Assembly: GCA_963836075.1 (NCBI GenBank)
Contig: CAWIIB010000009.1
Span: 3,072,001-3,136,000 of the forward strand
Reading direction: 5' to 3'
Source of the DNA: an uncultured Acidobacteriota bacterium
Lineage (GTDB): Bacteria; Acidobacteriota; JAQAZP01
Length of the DNA: 64,000 nucleotides
The translations under genes were made by a program, and so were the position numbers. This document shows, piece by piece, positions 29,526 to 43,200 of the stretch. Position 1 is the first letter of the stretch; every line of letters begins with the position of its first letter. Under the pieces are notes generated by a model, which worked only from the letters and a program-made list of their open reading frames with translations, ran no database searches and was not told the DNA's origin.

Positions 29526-31943
29526 ATGTGTCGAGTGATTCTGGTCGCTGGCCTCTGTATCGCGGTTTTCGGTGCTCTGCTCACTGCCGGTGACGACCTC
29601 TGCACCGGGTTTCCGGTGGACCTTTCCGCACCGGGGGCCGGTTTCCCCTACACACCAACGCTGGCCGACCTGGACGGGAACGGGGCCCGCGAAATCCTGC
29701 TCACCGGGGGGCACACCTTCGCCCTTGCCGGGGACGGGTCGTTCCTTCCCGGCTGGCCCACCAGCGAGATGGTGAACATGGGTTACGGCACCAACGGCAA
29801 CATGCCCGGGCCGTCGGCCGCCGACCTGGAGAACAACGGCACCGTCGAGATCCTCTGGACCGAGCGTGACTGGTATGCCGGCAGTTCCCGCATGTGGTGC
29901 TTCAACGGCAAGCGGCTGAACGGCGAGGACCTGCCCGGTTTCCCACAGGAGGCTATCGATGATTCCTCCAACGCCCTGGACACCTCCTTCGTCCTGGGGG
30001 ACACCGACGGCGACGGCGACCTCGAAGCCTGGGGCGCCCACACGCTGGGCAACGACTTCATCCACTACCGCATCTCGGCCTTCGACCACCTGGGAAACCG
30101 TCTGTTCACCACCGATCTCGACACCGAGGAGAACATTCTTTCCCTCTTCTTCGGAGATCTCGATGGCGATGGGGCGGAGGAGATGTTCGCCGTCTCCTGG
30201 CTTGATACTGCATACCGCCTCCACGTTTTTCAGTCAGATGGCAGCGCGGCCGCCGGGTACCCGGTGGACCTGCTGGATACCACCTTTACGCAGATGCTCG
30301 GTCCGCCGGTACCCGTCGACCTCGACACTGACGGGGACCTGGAGATCATGCTCGGTATCTGGAGCGGCGGGTCGGGCTCATTGGTCCCGGCGTATCATCA
30401 CGACGGGAGCGACGTTGCGGGATTTCCGATCCCCATCGCCACCAGCAGCCAGTTGTTCAACATCGGGCTGGGCGACATCACCGGTGACGGTGTGCCCGAA
30501 CTGCTGGCCACCGACAACCACCTGGCCGGCAACTACCGTCTGCATGCCGTGGACATCGCTACCGAAGAATACCTGCCGGGGTGGCCTTACGAGATGCCGG
30601 CATGGCCCAAGGGGATACCCGCAGTGGCCGACGTGGACGGCGACGGGGTACAGGACGTCTGCATCACCACCGACGGCGGGAAACTGCACGCGGTGAAGAG
30701 CGACGGCACCGCGGTGGCGGGATATCCCAAGAGCATGACCACAGCCTCCATTTCCGGGGTTGCCGCCGGCGACATCGACGGCGACGGCCTCTTCGAGCTG
30801 GTGGCCGCCACCTGGGACGGTCTGGTCTATGCCTGGAACACCACCGGTCCGGCGCTGCCCGGCCGGGCTGACTGGCCGATGCGCGGGGTCAATCCCCGCA
30901 ACACCGGGGTTTACGGTTCGGCCGGCGGGGCAGCCTCCGGGGTGCTGATGATCACCGGGCCCGGTCCGGGGGAGAGCAACCCGCCGGAGGTCCGCACCTT
31001 TGCTCCCGGGTCCGGTTCCTCGCCGCTCAGTTCGTGGCGCGCCTACGGGGTGGACGCCTACGGGGTGAACGTGGGTGCCGGCGACCTGGATGGCAACGGG
31101 ATCGGCGAACTGCTCACCGGCGCCGGGCCGGGAGCGGTTTTCGGCCCCCACGTGCGGGGATTCAACGCGTCCGGCGCACCGGTGCCGGGGGTCAACTTTC
31201 TGGCGTATGGCACCAACAAGTACGGGGTCAACGTCGCCTGCGGCGACCTCGACAACGACGGTATGGACGAGATCATCACCGGCGCCGGCCCGGGTGCCGT
31301 GTTCGGGCCGCACGTCCGCGGGTGGAACGTGGACGGCGGGACGGCCTCCAGTATGGCCGGTGTCAACTACTTTGCTTACGGCACCCCGAAGTGGGGAGTG
31401 AACGTTGCCTGTGGCGACCTCGATGGTGACGGGTACGACGAGATCGTCACCGGGGCCGGACCGGGGGCGGTGTACGGACCCCACGTCCGGGGCTGGAACG
31501 TGGACGGGGGAACGGCCGCGCCGCTGGCCGGGGTCAGTTTCTTTGCTTACGGCACCCTGAAATTCGGGGTCAACGTCTGCTGCGGCGACCTGGACGGTGA
31601 CGGCATCGACGAGATCGTCACCGGCGCCGGGCCGGGGCAGATCTTCGGCGCCCACGTGCGGGCCTTCTCCTGGGACGGGGCCGCGGTCTCCCCGGTGCCG
31701 GGGGTCAGCTTCTTTGCTTACAGCGATGCCCGTTTCGGGGCGGAGATTGGGGCCGTGGACCTCGACGAGGACGGAATGGCCGAGATCCTGACCATGCCCG
31801 GGCCCGATCCGTCCATGGAGGCCTGGCTCAGGGGCTGGAATGTGGACGGCGGTCCGGTGGAGGCGATTCCCGGGATAGATTTCGACGCCTACGTCGACAT
31901 GGGGACTCAGCACGGCGGAACCGTTACCGGCGGCCTGTTCTGA
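29526..31943 (+). CDS. Secreted FG-GAP repeat protein with C-terminal GAGPG-repeat module
   Basis: Signal peptide, PGWP/DLDGDG repeats, WPM...NPRNTG, then GAGPGAVFGPHVR repeats. Confidence 0.85.
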   Translation: MCRVILVAGLCIAVFGALLTAGDDLCTGFPVDLSAPGAGFPYTPTLADLDGNGAREILLTGGHTFALAGDGSFLPGWPTSEMVNMGYGTNGNMPGPSAADLENNGTVEILWTERDWYAGSSRMWCFNGKRLNGEDLPGFPQEAIDDSSNALDTSFVLGDTDGDGDLEAWGAHTLGNDFIHYRISAFDHLGNRLFTTDLDTEENILSLFFGDLDGDGAEEMFAVSWLDTAYRLHVFQSDGSAAAGYPVDLLDTTFTQMLGPPVPVDLDTDGDLEIMLGIWSGGSGSLVPAYHHDGSDVAGFPIPIATSSQLFNIGLGDITGDGVPELLATDNHLAGNYRLHAVDIATEEYLPGWPYEMPAWPKGIPAVADVDGDGVQDVCITTDGGKLHAVKSDGTAVAGYPKSMTTASISGVAAGDIDGDGLFELVAATWDGLVYAWNTTGPALPGRADWPMRGVNPRNTGVYGSAGGAASGVLMITGPGPGESNPPEVRTFAPGSGSSPLSSWRAYGVDAYGVNVGAGDLDGNGIGELLTGAGPGAVFGPHVRGFNASGAPVPGVNFLAYGTNKYGVNVACGDLDNDGMDEIITGAGPGAVFGPHVRGWNVDGGTASSMAGVNYFAYGTPKWGVNVACGDLDGDGYDEIVTGAGPGAVYGPHVRGWNVDGGTAAPLAGVSFFAYGTLKFGVNVCCGDLDGDGIDEIVTGAGPGQIFGAHVRAFSWDGAAVSPVPGVSFFAYSDARFGAEIGAVDLDEDGMAEILTMPGPDPSMEAWLRGWNVDGGPVEAIPGIDFDAYVDMGTQHGGTVTGGLF

Positions 31944-31952
31944 GTTGATGGT

Positions 31953-33926
31953 TCAGGGGCGCAGCATGGGGTCGAGGCGGTAGGCTTTTTCCAGGAACTG
32001 CCGTCCCCGCTGTTCCTCGCCGTTCCGGATGTAGGCCGTGCCGAGGTTGAGGTAGGCCGGCGCAAACCCGGGGGCCAGATCCACGGCTCGGCGGAAGGCC
32101 CGGATCGCCTCCTCCGTCCGCCCCAGCTTGCCCAGCGCCGCCCCCATGGCCACCCAGCTGTCCGGGTTCCCCTCCACCGCGGCAACCGACTGCCGCAGCC
32201 GTTTCAGCGCCTCGTCGTAGCGCCCACGGGAGAACTCCACCTTGCCCCAGTCGGCCAGGGCCTGGGCCTTGCGCTGCAGCGCGTCGGCGGATTCCGGGAC
32301 GATGGCCAGGGTCCGGTTGTAGTTTTCCACCGCCGCGGCGTACTCCCCCCGCAGGTACGCGGCATCCCCCAGACCGGTCCAGGCCTGGGTGTATTCGGGG
32401 TAGATGCGCACCGCCTCCTCCAGGTGCCCGGCGGCCTGTTCTATCATCTCCACCCGAAGAGCGGCATTTTCCGGTCTGGACGATTCGATCAACATCTCGC
32501 AGCCCAGGGCGTTCTGCAGTTTGGCGCTGCGCGCCGACACGTTGATGTCGGTGGAGAAGAGGGTGAAGTTGTCCTTCCAGGCCTGCTCCCGGTGCAGGGC
32601 CTTCAGGCTGAAAGGGATGATGACCAGCAGGGCCAGCAGCAGGGCGGCGCTGACCGGCGCCATCCGGCGGCCCCCGACCCGGACCAGGGCCAGGGCGGTG
32701 GCAATGCAGAAGGCCAGCGAGGGCATGTAGAGGAAACGCTCGGCCATATTTGTCCCCACGGTGAAGGGGATGTTGGAGACGATGAAGAGGGTCAGCAGGT
32801 AAAAGAGCGCCAGGAAGGAGATGCGGCAGCGCGACCTGAACGTCCAGACGGCCCAGCCCAGGGCCCCGAGATGGAGAGCCAGGCTGGCGATCACCGACCA
32901 GTGGGCCCACGACATCAGCGGGATGGTTTTCGGGTAGTAGTCGTGGGTCAGCGGGTGGGGGAAGACCAGCAGCAGCAGGTAGCGGCCCAGGGTGTGGGTG
33001 ATGGTGGCGTATTTTTGCGCCACGGTCATCCCCAGGAACGGGTTGTTGAGGATACTCTCCGCCGCACCGGGGGAGCCGGAGCCGAACCCCAGGACGGCAA
33101 AGCGGACGGCCAGGTAGAGGCCGGCGGTGGCGCCCAGCCAGGGGACCAGCTTCCGCAGCATCGCCGCCGGCGGCCACTGGGGTCGGAAAAAGTAGATGGC
33201 CAGGGGGATCACCACGAGGAAGGCGAAGGCGTTCTCCTTGGCCAGGATGGCCAGGAAGAGCAGCGCCGAGCCCACTGCGGCGGGCCATACCTTGCTCCGT
33301 CGGCCGGCCTCGAGGAACAGCAGCAGGGCGGCCAGGGCCAGAAAGAGCGCCAGCAGTTCGTCGCGTCCCTTGATGTTGGCCACCGCCTCGCTATGCACCG
33401 GGTGGGCGAGGAAGATCAGTGCCGCCAGCAGTGAAACCAGCCGGGCCCAGTGGGGGGCCGAATTCTCCGGAGCGGTGAACAGGCTGAGCAGCAGGAGATA
33501 GATCAGCGCTCCGGTGAGGGCGTAGAGCAGGATGTTCACCAGGTGGTTCACCGCCGGGTTTTCCCCGAACAGCGCGTGCTCCACGGCGAAGGTGACCAGC
33601 GACAGGGGGCGGTAACGGCCGCCGGGCAGCAGTTCCACGCCCTCGCCGAAATAGCCGTGCCAGGTGTCGGTGGTCAGGATGGGAACGATGCCGGCAAAGC
33701 CCTGGTTGGTGAAGCGGTTGCCGGCAATGGCCATGTCATCGTCCAGGGCAAAGCCGTGGAACAGGGTGGGAGCGTAGAGCGCCAGCCCGAAAATGAAAAT
33801 GATCAGCAGGTGCGATCTCTCGGTTTTGTGAACTGCGCTGATCACCTGGTCCATCCTGGAGCGGCGGGAAACAACGGCAGGCCGCGGACCGGGCCGGCCG
33901 CACTTCCGGGTGCGAGAGGAATCCAT
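31953..33926 (-). CDS. TMTC-like protein O-mannosyltransferase (GT-C membrane domain + TPR)
   Basis: FALDDD, YRPL, HPVHSEAVANIKGR, KEN, AERFLYMPS, C-terminal TPRs. Confidence 0.85.
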   Translation of the reverse strand: MDSSRTRKCGRPGPRPAVVSRRSRMDQVISAVHKTERSHLLIIFIFGLALYAPTLFHGFALDDDMAIAGNRFTNQGFAGIVPILTTDTWHGYFGEGVELLPGGRYRPLSLVTFAVEHALFGENPAVNHLVNILLYALTGALIYLLLLSLFTAPENSAPHWARLVSLLAALIFLAHPVHSEAVANIKGRDELLALFLALAALLLFLEAGRRSKVWPAAVGSALLFLAILAKENAFAFLVVIPLAIYFFRPQWPPAAMLRKLVPWLGATAGLYLAVRFAVLGFGSGSPGAAESILNNPFLGMTVAQKYATITHTLGRYLLLLVFPHPLTHDYYPKTIPLMSWAHWSVIASLALHLGALGWAVWTFRSRCRISFLALFYLLTLFIVSNIPFTVGTNMAERFLYMPSLAFCIATALALVRVGGRRMAPVSAALLLALLVIIPFSLKALHREQAWKDNFTLFSTDINVSARSAKLQNALGCEMLIESSRPENAALRVEMIEQAAGHLEEAVRIYPEYTQAWTGLGDAAYLRGEYAAAVENYNRTLAIVPESADALQRKAQALADWGKVEFSRGRYDEALKRLRQSVAAVEGNPDSWVAMGAALGKLGRTEEAIRAFRRAVDLAPGFAPAYLNLGTAYIRNGEEQRGRQFLEKAYRLDPMLRP

Positions 33927-34006
33927 GGTAGGGGATTGGCCGCTGGAGAGTCAACCGGGACAGGTGTCAGGGCCTGGTTCAGAGGTGAAATCCAGCCGGT
34001 CTGTTT

Positions 34007-36363
<2,357 letters not shown>

Positions 36364-36364
<1 letters not shown>

Positions 36365-36939
36365 TATCGCTCTCCTCCCTGCTCCAGCTCGCGGAAGAGC
36401 CAGGCGCGGGCGAAGTTCCAGCGCCGGCGCACCGTCCGTTCGGACATCCCGGTCAACTCGGCGATTTCCCCCTCGGTGAGGCCGGCAAAAAACTTCAGCT
36501 CGACGATCCGGCGGTCCTCGGGGGACCTGGCGTCGAGCTTGTTCAGGGCTTCGTCCAGACCGAGGAGGTCAACATCCGGCCCGGGGCTGGCCATGCCCTC
36601 GTCGAGGGTCACCCGCAGCAGCTGGCCATCCCTTTTCTGCCGGTTCCGACCCCGGGCGTGGTCCACCAGCACCCGCCTGATCTGCCGGGCGGCCACCCGG
36701 AAGAAGTGGGTGCGGCCCTGCCAGTCCACCGACTGCTGTTCGATCAGACGCACGTAGGCTTCATGGACCAGGGCGGTGGGCTGCAGGGTGTGGCCCCGCC
36801 GTTCCTTCCTCAACTGGTAGGCGGCCAGGGCGCGCAGTTCCTTGTAGACCAGCTCCATCAGCTGTTCCAGCGCCTGCTCGTCACCGAGACCGGTGGCTTC
36901 CAGGAGCCGGGCCATATTCTGTTCACTGTAGTCGCCCAA
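36364..36939 (-). CDS. ECF sigma factor of the kinase-associated type (TIGR02999-like)
   Basis: LVYKELR, HTLQPTALVHEAY, FFAGL...RRWNFARAWL. Overlaps the kinase start by 1 nt. Start is TTG 36939 or ATG 36915. Confidence 0.9.
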
Positions 36940-37107
36940 TACTGCCTCTTGGGATGGCGGAGGGTCCACTCTTTCCTCAACCTTAGCAAGAGTTTCCCGG
37001 CAATTCAAGAGGTGCCGCATCCCTGAATAATCATTTTTCATGGACAATAGAACATGATGTAATATCAGGCTGCTGTCTGTCCTTCTGAAATGCTCGGAGG
37101 TGACGCA

Positions 37108-40083
37108 ATGCGTGTGCCCGAACGGCAAACCGGATTCCTCGGCCTTTTCGTTGTTCTCTCGATCCTTTACTGCCCCTTGCTCGGCGCCGCTATGATCCAT
37201 GTACCCGGTGACCAGCCCACCATCCAGGAGGGGATCGATGCCGCCCAGAACGGCGACACGGTGCTGGTGGCTGCCGGGACCTGGGTGGAAAACATCAACT
37301 TCCAGGGCAAGTCGATCTCCGTGACCAGTGAATCCGGTCCGGCGGTTACCACCATCGAATCAGGTGCATTCAGAAGCGTGGTCACCTTTGCCGGCGGCGA
37401 AACCCTGGACGCCCTGCTCGAGGGGTTCACCATCACCGGAGGAAGCGGGACGGAAATCAACGGGGACGTGTTCGGCGGCGGGATCCTCTGCCGTCTGGCC
37501 AGCTCGCCGACGATATCGGGGAACATCATTTTCTCCAACAGCACCTTGGACGGCGGCGGTGGCATCGCCTGCATCGAGCAGTCCGCCCCCCTGATCGCCG
37601 GGAACACGATCCGTTTGAATGATGCTATTTACAACGGCGGCGGGATCGTCTGTCGGGACTCCTCCCCGGTGATCAGCGACAATACCATCAGCCGTAACAG
37701 CTGCTTCTTCGGCGGCGGTGTACCTATCTACGGCCTGTCATCCCAGCCACAGGTGACCGGCAATACGATCAGTTACAACGAGGCGGAGTATGTCGGGGCC
37801 GGCGTCATCTGCAGCCAATATTCATCGCCCACCCTGGCCAACAACATCATCCAGGGAAATATATCCCAGGGGGAAGGCGGAGGCATCAATTGCAACAGCT
37901 GGAGTACACCCCTGATCACCGGCAACCTGATCACCGGGAACCGGGCCGGTTTCGGCCCGAATTTCGGCGGGGCGGGGATCGTGGTCTGGCTAGAGGCGTT
38001 TGCCACCATTACCAACAACACGGTCACCAACAACGTTTCGGGACATGAAGGCGGCGGGATCTGGATTACCGACTCCGGCTACGCATCGATCTCGGGAAAC
38101 ATCATCACCGGTAACAGCGCCGTATACAGCAGGGGCGGCGGGATATGCTTCTCCGTTCCCGAGACATTCGATTCCGCACTGGCCCCGGTTCAGGACGGCG
38201 CCGTCCCAACGGACGAGGTGCCGTTGATGGCTGTTGAATACGGTCCCTCTGTTGGGTCCGGCCATCGTTGGGAAACCGGTGAGGATTCACGCGGCGGGAT
38301 CCGGGAGGTGGTCAACAATCTCGTGCTGGGCAATGTCGGCAGCTATGGCGGCGGTATTCACCGCAGCAATGCCGGCACGGTGCCGCTGATCAACAACACG
38401 ATCATTGGCAACACATCGGGAGGCGGTATTGACGGGGAAACGGGACCGACGATCCGCAACAACATCGTTCGCGGCAATTTTCCGACACAGATCGACACGG
38501 GGATCGTGGCCACCTACTGCAATGTCGAGGGCGGCTGGCCGGGAACGGGGAACATCGATGCCGACCCGCTCTTTGTCACCGGGTCGCAAGGGGAGTTTTA
38601 TTTGAGCCAGATCGCCGCCGGCCAGGACGAGGACAGCCCCTGCGTGGATGCGGGACGCCCGGACAGCGGGATGATCATCGGCACCACGCGTACGGATGGT
38701 GTCCAGGACGGCGGGGTGGTGGACATGGGATTTCACTATCCGCTGACCGATGGCGTCTACATCTGCTACGAGCCGTCATCGCTCAACCTGCACGCGGAGT
38801 TGCCATCCGGAACCTCGGCAATCCGGGATCTCTCCATCTGGTCCTGCGGCAATGAGCTGCTGGAGTGGTCGGTGAGCAGCGAGGCGGAGTGGCTGACCCT
38901 CGACCCGCGCTCGGGATACTCGGAAGGCGAGGTGGATCTGGTGACGGTGGGTGTGGACGTGGATGCCGTCGCCCCCGGCAGCTATGAGACCGCTATCCGT
39001 ATCCTGGGCATCGGGGCCGAGAACTCGCCGCAATGGGTGCCGGTTTCACTGAATGTCTCCTACCTGGGCAATATCCGGATGATCGTGGGGCCCGGTCCCG
39101 CCCCGGACAACCAGCCCCTGGTCCGGGTTTTCCGGCCCTATGGTGAAACCCACCTGTACGAATTCAACGCATACGGTCCGCCTCACTTCGGTGTCAACGT
39201 CAGCACCGGTGACGTGGATGGCGATTTCGGCTCCGACATTCTCACCGGCGCCGGGCCGGGCGCGGTCTTCGGCCCCCACGTGCGGGGCTTCCATGAGGAC
39301 GGTACCCCCATGCCCGGGTTGAGCTTTCTCGCCTATGGCACCAACAAGTACGGGGTCAACGTGGCCGCCGGCGACCTGGACGGCGACGCGGTGGAGGAGA
39401 TCATCACCGGTGCCGGTCCGGGTGCTGTCTTCGGCCCCCACGTGCGGGCGTTCTCCTATGACGGTTCAGCGGTGGCGCCTGTCCCCGGGGTCAGCTTCTT
39501 TGCCTACGGCACGCAGAAGTGGGGCGTGAACGTGGCAGCAGGGGACATCGACGGCGACGGGATGGACGAAATTGTCACCGGTGCCGGTCCGGGTGCCGTG
39601 TTCGGCTCCCACGTGCGCGGCTGGAACGTGGACGGTGGTGTCGCGGCCGCCATCCCCGGGGTCAGCTTCTTCGCCTACGGCACTCCGCGCTACGGGGTCG
39701 AGGTGGCCTGCGGGGACGTGGACGGCGACGGGACTGCCGAGATCATCACCGCCCCGGGCCCTTCGCCCGCCTTTGGCGCTCATGTCCGCGGCTGGAAATA
39801 CAACGGTGTCTCGACCAGTGAGATGACCTACCTCAATTTCTTTGCCTGGCCTCCTGAAGAGGCTCGATACGGGGCAAAAGTCTGGGCGGCCACCGAACTT
39901 ACTTCCGGTGCCCGCGACAATATCGTCGTGGGCCCGGGCCCGGACCCGTCAATGCCGGCCACGGTGCGGGTCTACAGCTACCTGGTCACCTATGTTTCGC
40001 TCGATGTCTCCCTGGACGCCTTCGATCCGGACGTGACCCACGGAGCCAATGTCGCCGCAGGTGTCTTCTCCCCCGAAAACTAG
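37108..40083 (+). CDS. Secreted right-handed beta-helix protein with BACON-like domain and C-terminal GAGPG-repeat module
   Basis: IHVPGDQPTIQEGIDAA, GGGI.C/P.I.GN.I repeats, NIDADPLF, LEWSVS...WL...P.SG. Confidence 0.85.
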   Translation: MRVPERQTGFLGLFVVLSILYCPLLGAAMIHVPGDQPTIQEGIDAAQNGDTVLVAAGTWVENINFQGKSISVTSESGPAVTTIESGAFRSVVTFAGGETLDALLEGFTITGGSGTEINGDVFGGGILCRLASSPTISGNIIFSNSTLDGGGGIACIEQSAPLIAGNTIRLNDAIYNGGGIVCRDSSPVISDNTISRNSCFFGGGVPIYGLSSQPQVTGNTISYNEAEYVGAGVICSQYSSPTLANNIIQGNISQGEGGGINCNSWSTPLITGNLITGNRAGFGPNFGGAGIVVWLEAFATITNNTVTNNVSGHEGGGIWITDSGYASISGNIITGNSAVYSRGGGICFSVPETFDSALAPVQDGAVPTDEVPLMAVEYGPSVGSGHRWETGEDSRGGIREVVNNLVLGNVGSYGGGIHRSNAGTVPLINNTIIGNTSGGGIDGETGPTIRNNIVRGNFPTQIDTGIVATYCNVEGGWPGTGNIDADPLFVTGSQGEFYLSQIAAGQDEDSPCVDAGRPDSGMIIGTTRTDGVQDGGVVDMGFHYPLTDGVYICYEPSSLNLHAELPSGTSAIRDLSIWSCGNELLEWSVSSEAEWLTLDPRSGYSEGEVDLVTVGVDVDAVAPGSYETAIRILGIGAENSPQWVPVSLNVSYLGNIRMIVGPGPAPDNQPLVRVFRPYGETHLYEFNAYGPPHFGVNVSTGDVDGDFGSDILTGAGPGAVFGPHVRGFHEDGTPMPGLSFLAYGTNKYGVNVAAGDLDGDAVEEIITGAGPGAVFGPHVRAFSYDGSAVAPVPGVSFFAYGTQKWGVNVAAGDIDGDGMDEIVTGAGPGAVFGSHVRGWNVDGGVAAAIPGVSFFAYGTPRYGVEVACGDVDGDGTAEIITAPGPSPAFGAHVRGWKYNGVSTSEMTYLNFFAWPPEEARYGAKVWAATELTSGARDNIVVGPGPDPSMPATVRVYSYLVTYVSLDVSLDAFDPDVTHGANVAAGVFSPEN

Positions 40084-40141
40084 CGACAGCCGAAATTGGG
40101 GAGAATCGCAATGACAGAAACTGGCACGCCTGACTAGAGCA

Positions 40142-40861
40142 CTATCTCGGGCGGGTCTGGCGCCAGACCTTGAACAGGCCCAGGCCGTTGCGCATGGCGA
40201 TGCGGGGCACCTTGGACATTTTGAAGACCACGGTGGACCCGGCGGTGCGCAGGCGGTGCTGGATGGGGAACTCCATGATGACCAGACCGGCGTTGGTGGC
40301 CCGGCCCACAAACTCCCACCAGAACCCCTCGGTTAGCAGGCCCAGGTCGGGGAGCAGCCGCTCCAGGGCGGGCCTCTTGATCAGCAGGTAGGGGCAGCTG
40401 GGGTCGTGGATCGAGTGGGAGAAGAGGGTCTTGTGCAGCAGCTTGAACGACCCGGACATGATTTTCCGGGTGATGGAGTCCTGGCGGTTGGTGCGCCAGC
40501 CGATGCCGATGTCGAACTCGTCCTTCCGTTCCCAGAACTGCCAGAAATCGGACGGGGCGCACTGCCCGTCGGAGTCGACCGGGAGGACGTAGGGTGCGGT
40601 GGAGTGGCGGAAGGCGTCCACCACCGCGCCGGCATAGCCCCGCCGGCGGTCCACCATGTCGAGGAGTATGGGCAGTTCTTTCTCGAGGCGGGTCAACACC
40701 TCCTTGGTATTGTCCCGGCTGCCGTCCTCGCAGACGATGAACTGGATGTTCAGCCGTGGTGACAGTTCGTCGTACCATTCCCGGAGGGTCGACTCGATGC
40801 TCTCACCTTCATTGTGCACCGGCATGATGATCTGAAGATCGAAGTTCCCCTGCTCGGACAT
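40142..40861 (-). CDS. Glycosyltransferase family 2 (DPM1-like)
   Basis: IIMPVHNE, EDGSRDNT, DSDGQ. Confidence 0.88.
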   Translation of the reverse strand: MSEQGNFDLQIIMPVHNEGESIESTLREWYDELSPRLNIQFIVCEDGSRDNTKEVLTRLEKELPILLDMVDRRRGYAGAVVDAFRHSTAPYVLPVDSDGQCAPSDFWQFWERKDEFDIGIGWRTNRQDSITRKIMSGSFKLLHKTLFSHSIHDPSCPYLLIKRPALERLLPDLGLLTEGFWWEFVGRATNAGLVIMEFPIQHRLRTAGSTVVFKMSKVPRIAMRNGLGLFKVWRQTRPR

Positions 40862-41258
40862 CGGCGCCACTCCCCGTACAGATACAACCGCTCCTCTCCG
40901 GCCAGCGGGGGAGCGGCAGTGGTCATTGTCTGAAAACGGTTGTAAGGATAGTGGTTTTACACTTGGGAGTCAAAGCGTCCGGCCGGCGCCCGGAACTCCG
41001 GCAGACCCAGGGGTAGCCATACCGTACGACACAGCATTCACCTGCCGCCATGCCCCTCGCATCCAGAGGTATGATTTGGGGCCTATGCCGTATGTCCCCT
41101 TGCTTGCCCGCATTGGCGGGTTTCTATATCATGACAGGAAATAACTTGATCTGCAGAACCCGTTTGCTTGACCATACGGACAGTTGAATTCCGCCCCTGC
41201 ACCAGGTACGAACAGGTCCGGTAGCCCGGTAACCAGGACTCTGAGGAGGACTGGAATA

Positions 41259-43151
41259 GTGAACGACGAAGATAAAGCCGCTTCCGGCAAAGGGAAATGG
41301 TGGACCTGGGTCTGCCGCATCATCATTGTCCTCCTGGGCATCGAAGTGGGATGGCTGATCGTCGCCCACCTGTTCCTCAACACGCCGCTGGGGCCGTGGG
41401 CCATCAACCGCAAGCCGGAGAAGTGGTCGGTGACCTGGGAACGCGTCCTGACGCCCTATCCGGCCAAGGTCTATGTCAAGGGGTTCACCCTGAACCAGAA
41501 GACTCCCAAGATGGGGGTGACCATCACCGCGGACAAGGTCAATGCCCGGATCGGGATCCTGCCGTTTTTCATGAAAACCCTGCGGGCCACCGGCGTGGAC
41601 GTTCATGGGATATCAGTGGTGCTGGACCGCAGTGCCGGGTCCGGCCTGCCACCGTCCACCAAGACGAAACCGGGGTTCAAGATCAAGCTGCTGGGCATCA
41701 CGGTCAACGATCTCAAGGAGTTCCGTTTCGACCAGATGTCGATGGTGGAAGGCGAGGCCGTGGTCTCCGGAGACTTCGAGATACAGGTCCGCTCCCACAT
41801 GGTGGTCCGCGACGCCGACCTGCGCTGGAACGATGCCAGAATATACCTGGAAGAAGAAACCCTTGCCGAAGCGCTGGACCTCGGGTTCCGCGGCGGGTTC
41901 TCGCCGTTCAATCCCAAGGTCGAGAAGGGGCTGGCCATGCTGGCCCATCTCAGTGGCGACATCGACGTCAACGGCCACGTGGGCAGCCTGGTGCCGTTGA
42001 AGGTCTTCTTCGCGGGCACGAAGTGGATCGAGAAGCTGGATGGAGAGGGTGATGCGGCGGTGGCGTTGAAGGTCGCGGACGGTCTGCTGCAGCCGGGAAC
42101 GGTCATCGATGTCGATGCCCACGAACTGCTCCTCGATTTCATGGGCTTCCGGGCCACCGGAGTTGGGCGTGTGGACGGCCAGGTCGACACGGGAGAAGAA
42201 ACTCGCGAGGCATTCATCACCGTCAAATTCGATGATTTCCAGTTCGGGCGCCGGACCGAGGAGCAGCCGATGGCCCGGGGCACCGGTCTGGTTCTGGCGA
42301 CCCGCAGCGAAGGCATAGACGCCGCGGCGATGCTCAGCGGCATGAACATCACCCTCGACCTTCCGGAAGCCAATGTTCCCGACATTTCCTTTCTGGGCCG
42401 GGCGCTTCCCCAGGGCATGGGAATTTCCGTCACCGGCGGTCTGGCCAAACTGGCAGTGCACATGGAGGCTTTTGCCGGCAAGGAGGAGGCAGAGGGGACC
42501 ATCAAGATCAAGGGAGAAGATCTTTCGGGGAGCTTCCAGGACTTCGATTTCCAGACCGACCTCGATTTCACCACCCGTATTTCGGGGAGTGACTGGGATA
42601 ATTTTGAAGTGCGGCTGGAGGGTAGCGAACTGAAGCTGCTGGACGGAGTGTTCAACCACCCGGAGATCGAGGTGGCCCGGGGGTGGTGGATGACCCTTGA
42701 TGTGCCCGAGGGCCGGGCCAACTTCGCCGTGCCGCTGGAGGCCGAGGCCGAAGTGGATCTCTCCATGCGTGACACCCGGGTCATCGTGGCGATGTTCGCC
42801 GAGATGAAGAGCTGGGTCAAACACATCGATGGCCTGCTGACGGTGGAGGACGTGGTGGGGCACACCAGCGCCACCCTTTCCGACAAGCATGTGTCGCTCC
42901 GCGAGCTTTCCCTGAAGGGCGACAAGCTTGAAGCCCTGGGCGAACTGGAACTGGGCCAGCAGGGAGAGCGGAGCGGTATCATCTGGGTCCGCTACAAGAT
43001 CCTCAAACTCGCCCTGGAGCGGATCGGCGACCAGCGGGAGTGGAAGATGATCAACGCCCGGGAGTGGTACGACGAGAAACGGTCGGTCAACTGGGTCTCC
43101 GCCGAAGGCGAGGCGCTGGTTCCCGAGGCCGAGCCTGCCCCGGAGGAATAG
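41259..43151 (+). CDS. Membrane-anchored beta-rich hypothetical protein (possibly AsmA-like)
   Basis: N-terminal TM helix followed by ~580 aa of amphipathic beta strands; RBS GAGGAG. Confidence 0.55.
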   Translation: MNDEDKAASGKGKWWTWVCRIIIVLLGIEVGWLIVAHLFLNTPLGPWAINRKPEKWSVTWERVLTPYPAKVYVKGFTLNQKTPKMGVTITADKVNARIGILPFFMKTLRATGVDVHGISVVLDRSAGSGLPPSTKTKPGFKIKLLGITVNDLKEFRFDQMSMVEGEAVVSGDFEIQVRSHMVVRDADLRWNDARIYLEEETLAEALDLGFRGGFSPFNPKVEKGLAMLAHLSGDIDVNGHVGSLVPLKVFFAGTKWIEKLDGEGDAAVALKVADGLLQPGTVIDVDAHELLLDFMGFRATGVGRVDGQVDTGEETREAFITVKFDDFQFGRRTEEQPMARGTGLVLATRSEGIDAAAMLSGMNITLDLPEANVPDISFLGRALPQGMGISVTGGLAKLAVHMEAFAGKEEAEGTIKIKGEDLSGSFQDFDFQTDLDFTTRISGSDWDNFEVRLEGSELKLLDGVFNHPEIEVARGWWMTLDVPEGRANFAVPLEAEAEVDLSMRDTRVIVAMFAEMKSWVKHIDGLLTVEDVVGHTSATLSDKHVSLRELSLKGDKLEALGELELGQQGERSGIIWVRYKILKLALERIGDQREWKMINAREWYDEKRSVNWVSAEGEALVPEAEPAPEE

Positions 43152-43200
43152 GGTACAACCCGGGAGGTGTTCCCAGACCCCGGGCAGCCTGTTCCAACTC

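Noticed and set aside
30945-31943. Regularly spaced DNA repeats as a possible CRISPR array (also about 14700-15500, 39200-39800, 54900-55500, 59550-60500)
   Set aside because: They are degenerate in-frame protein repeats varying at third codon positions, with no unique spacers and no cas genes.
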